The translations under genes were made by a program, and so were the position numbers. From an uncultured Opitutia bacterium (GTDB lineage Bacteria > Verrucomicrobiota > Verrucomicrobiia > Opitutales > Opitutaceae), in NCBI GenBank assembly GCA_903830425.1, contig CAIKTR010000029.1, positions 10,396 through 74,395 on the forward strand: a DNA stretch of 64,000 bases, in the 5' to 3' direction. Below the pieces are notes generated by a model, which ran no database searches, had not been told where the DNA came from, and saw only the letters and a list, made by a program, of their open reading frames with translations. This document shows positions 61,312 through 64,000 of this stretch, piece by piece (position 1 is the first letter of the stretch; every line of letters begins with the position of its first letter).

Positions 61312-63624
61312 ATGTCCCTTTCCCCTTCCCGCCCTTGCACTGCGGCGCTCGTCGCTGCGGTTCTTATCCTAGCCGCCGGCCTGCGCGCGGCCGACACCAA
61401 CGATGGCGACGGTTCGCCTAGAATCGCGCTCGAGAAATTCGTAGTCACTGCGACCCGCACGCCGGTCTCCTTGTCCGAGGCCCCCGCCAATGTCTACGTC
61501 GCCACCAGCGAAGACTTCGCCCAGAAGAACGCGTTCCGCCTCGCTGACGTGCTGGCGGACGTGCCTGGCCTCTATTTTCGGGGCAGTCCATTTGGAGCCA
61601 CGACACCGGGTTCGGGTCAGGGCGGCCTCTCCCTGCGCGGTATCTCCAACAGCCGCACCCTGGTCCTGGTTGATGGCCAGCCGGTAAACAGCGGCTATTC
61701 CGGCGGTGTCAACTGGTCTGCCATTTCGCTGGATGATGCCGCGCGCGTAGAAGTTGTGCCCGGTGCGTTCTCCTCACTCTATGGTGGCAACGCCATGGGT
61801 GGTGTGATCAACGTCATTTCCCGCGTCCCTGACCACCGTGAGTTGGTCATGCACGCCGGGTATGGTGGCGGCGATGTGCCTCAGTCGGGTGGCGGCATCG
61901 TCTATCGCGATGCACTCGCCCATGGTTTCGCTTTCGCGATCGGCGTCACCTACCGGAACAATGAGAGTTACGTCGGCGACTTTGTGATCAAAAGTCCCAC
62001 GGCCGGCACCGCCGCCAACACTATACCAGTCACGGGCGCCATACCGACGCTTTCGCCGACGGGAGGCGCGTCCTACAACATCGGCGATAAGGGCAAGCGT
62101 CCCTGGGACCAGTGGAACGCCTTTGCCAAAGTCTATCTTGATGTCGGCCACTCCGGCAAACTCATCGCCGGTTATAGCTACGATCGTTACCTGACCAGCT
62201 ATACGCCCTACACCTCCTACCTGCTCAATGCCGCCGGCCAACAAGTGGTGGGCGGGACGGTCTCGTTCAGTGATCCTACGCCCCTGCGCTTCAGTGTCAG
62301 CGAGACGGATTTCCTGGTCTTACAACCCTCTTCCGAGAGCACCCGCCGCTATTTCACCAGCTATTCGCAGCCGCTCACCCACGGCGCCCAACTCGATGTG
62401 AGCGCGGGCTACGAACGTTTCGCCAACTATTATGTAACGGCGCGCAGCGGCGTCGGCACCTACTCCGGCGGTCCCGGCACCCTGACTGATTCCCCTAACA
62501 CGCGATCTGACTTCGATGCCCATGTCACTGTGCCTCTATCCACGAACCAGGAACTGGTGGCCGGCGCCGCCCTTCAACTGAACTCGCTGCACCGCCGCAA
62601 CCGAGACCTCTCGCAGTGGCGCGACCCGGGCTCAATAATTTCCACCTATTACGACTCGTCCGGCAGCAGCCAGACCTGGGGCTATTACGTGCAGGATCGA
62701 ATCACGCTGGCAAAACCGCTGACTCTCTACCTCGGCGGCCGCTTCGATGATTGGTATGTCCACGGACGGGCCACCCAGACTCCCACCGCGGCCCAGCCGA
62801 CCCTGCCCGCCAGCGACAACACCTATCCCGAACGCCATGAATCGCAGTTCAGCCCCAAGGCCGCCCTCGTCTGGAGCGCAAATTCCCTGCTGACCTTTCA
62901 CGCTTCGGCCGGATCCGCCTTCCGCACGCCAACGCTACTTGATCTGTATGTGCCGGGATTCACCACCAAGACCGGCCCCGTCGGCGTGCGCGTCACGCAG
63001 GCCGATCCCAACCTGAAGCCAGAAACCTTGCGGACCGCCGAGCTCGGGGCCAACCTCACCCTCAAGGGTGGCACCCGGTTCACCGTCACAGGTTACGCCA
63101 GCGAGCTGCGCGACCTTATCTATCAGAAGGTCATTATCAGTGGCACCGCCAACGACCTCAACCAAGCGATCAACGCTGGTGCCGCCCGTATCCTCGGGAT
63201 GGAGTCCACCGTCGAGCAGCCACTCGGGGCCGGGTTTACGCTGCATGGCAGTGTCGCTTACACCGCCTCAAAGCTGACCAAGGACGATGCCTCGCCAGCC
63301 GCCGTTGGGCACCGACTCGGCGATGTGCCCCTCGTCACCAGCACCGCGGCCCTGGCGTGGACGCACGGACGGTTCTCGGCAAACAGCAGCGTGCGCTACT
63401 ACTCCCATGTCTTCCCGCGCACCGACGATATCAACGCGAGTACCGTCAATGGCGTCTTTGGCGCCTATGACGCCTATGCCATCGTGAATCTCAAACTTAC
63501 TGCCGCCCTGACCGAGAACACGAAGGTCAGCCTCTCCTTGGACAATCTCCTCGACCGGAAATACCACGCCTTCTACCTGCAGCCCGGGCGTACATGGTTC
63601 CTAGAGGTCAGCTCGAAATTCTGA
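61312..63624 (+). CDS. TonB-dependent outer-membrane receptor
   Basis: Signal peptide and plug motifs (FVVTATRTPVSLSEAPANVYV, GLSLRGISNSRTLVLVDGQPVN, RVEVVPGAFSSLYGGNAMGGVINV), a beta-barrel, and the terminal ...EVSSKF. The start is placed at MSLSPSR (61312). Confidence 0.85.
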   Translation: MSLSPSRPCTAALVAAVLILAAGLRAADTNDGDGSPRIALEKFVVTATRTPVSLSEAPANVYVATSEDFAQKNAFRLADVLADVPGLYFRGSPFGATTPGSGQGGLSLRGISNSRTLVLVDGQPVNSGYSGGVNWSAISLDDAARVEVVPGAFSSLYGGNAMGGVINVISRVPDHRELVMHAGYGGGDVPQSGGGIVYRDALAHGFAFAIGVTYRNNESYVGDFVIKSPTAGTAANTIPVTGAIPTLSPTGGASYNIGDKGKRPWDQWNAFAKVYLDVGHSGKLIAGYSYDRYLTSYTPYTSYLLNAAGQQVVGGTVSFSDPTPLRFSVSETDFLVLQPSSESTRRYFTSYSQPLTHGAQLDVSAGYERFANYYVTARSGVGTYSGGPGTLTDSPNTRSDFDAHVTVPLSTNQELVAGAALQLNSLHRRNRDLSQWRDPGSIISTYYDSSGSSQTWGYYVQDRITLAKPLTLYLGGRFDDWYVHGRATQTPTAAQPTLPASDNTYPERHESQFSPKAALVWSANSLLTFHASAGSAFRTPTLLDLYVPGFTTKTGPVGVRVTQADPNLKPETLRTAELGANLTLKGGTRFTVTGYASELRDLIYQKVIISGTANDLNQAINAGAARILGMESTVEQPLGAGFTLHGSVAYTASKLTKDDASPAAVGHRLGDVPLVTSTAALAWTHGRFSANSSVRYYSHVFPRTDDINASTVNGVFGAYDAYAIVNLKLTAALTENTKVSLSLDNLLDRKYHAFYLQPGRTWFLEVSSKF

Positions 63625-63632
63625 GGCTGACC

Positions 63633-64000
63633 ATGCCCGCCCCCGCTTCCGCCATCGCCCCGCCCCCACATCCACCGGCACCTGTGCGGACGCCGCTTTT
63701 CACCGCCCGGCGCTGGCACAAGTGGGCCGGGCTCTTTGCCTTCTTCTGGCTCGGCGTTCTCGGCTTCACCGGCTGGATCATGGACCACCGCGAAGAGTGG
63801 GCCTGGATCTGGCAGCACGGCCTGCCGGTCGCGTGGTTTCCCGACAACGTCGTCACCACGGCGAATGCCGGTCTAGCCCGACACCTCCAGATCAATCCCG
63901 CCCACCCGACACAACAGGTCACCGCCGGTGCCCGGGGCTCCTGGTGGAGTTCCGACGCCGGCAAGACCTGGCATCCAGCCATCGCAGCGGCGACGCTTCC
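63633..64000 (+). CDS. PepSY-associated-TM-helix-like membrane protein, N-terminal fragment (continues past window end)
   Basis: My translation from ATG 63633 gives ...FTARRWHKWAGLFAFFWLGVLGFTGWIMDH..., the RxxHxWxGL + TGW pattern of PepSY_TM proteins. An Asp-box-like SSDAGKTW follows. It stays open to the window end, 8 nt after the receptor stop. Confidence 0.6.
   Translation, partial: MPAPASAIAPPPHPPAPVRTPLFTARRWHKWAGLFAFFWLGVLGFTGWIMDHREEWAWIWQHGLPVAWFPDNVVTTANAGLARHLQINPAHPTQQVTAGARGSWWSSDAGKTWHPAIAAATL

Overview
This is a very GC-rich chromosomal segment from a diderm bacterium. LpxA, an LptF/G permease and TonB-dependent receptors are all present. The protein families remind me of Verrucomicrobiota (Opitutaceae-like), but that taxon call is inference only. 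I can support about 60 protein-coding genes. I found no rRNA, tRNA, CRISPR array, transposase or integrase.

Most of the window is housekeeping:
- trxB 3' end, then a Fur-family regulator followed by sufC-sufB-sufD-sufT
- adenine deaminase, clpP, crcB, infC and an IscA/ErpA-like protein
- a pdxA-lpxA-(unknown)-aroB string
- xylA, a POT peptide transporter, an M14 carboxypeptidase, dgkA and an SDR
- lptF/G, a complete livJHMGF-type ABC importer and htpG
- a vapBC toxin-antitoxin pair, a tricorn-like protease, and a GH95-like hydrolase plus an esterase
- tdk, a lactonase-type pgl, hflX and two Opp/Dpp-type ATPases

The least ordinary region is the last ~7.4 kb (56.6-64 kb), which sits next to a 7TMR-DISM two-component system. 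It is visibly less GC-rich. It holds two TonB-dependent receptors, a HupE/UreJ permease, two small uncharacterised membrane ORFs (one with a CxxCC motif), a PepSY-TM-like protein, and a 716-nt non-coding stretch with a nested inverted-repeat element.

Other points worth a second look:
- a repeat-filled convergent spacer at 23.4 kb with a perfect 32-bp inverted repeat
- a ~28% GC operator/promoter region in front of the fur-suf operon
- an uncharacterised 210-aa protein embedded between aroB and lpxA

Gene ends are fixed by stop codons. Many starts are my choice among in-frame candidates and are less certain. The many long Gly/Ala/Arg/Pro-rich ORFs antisense to recognisable genes are treated as high-GC shadow ORFs.
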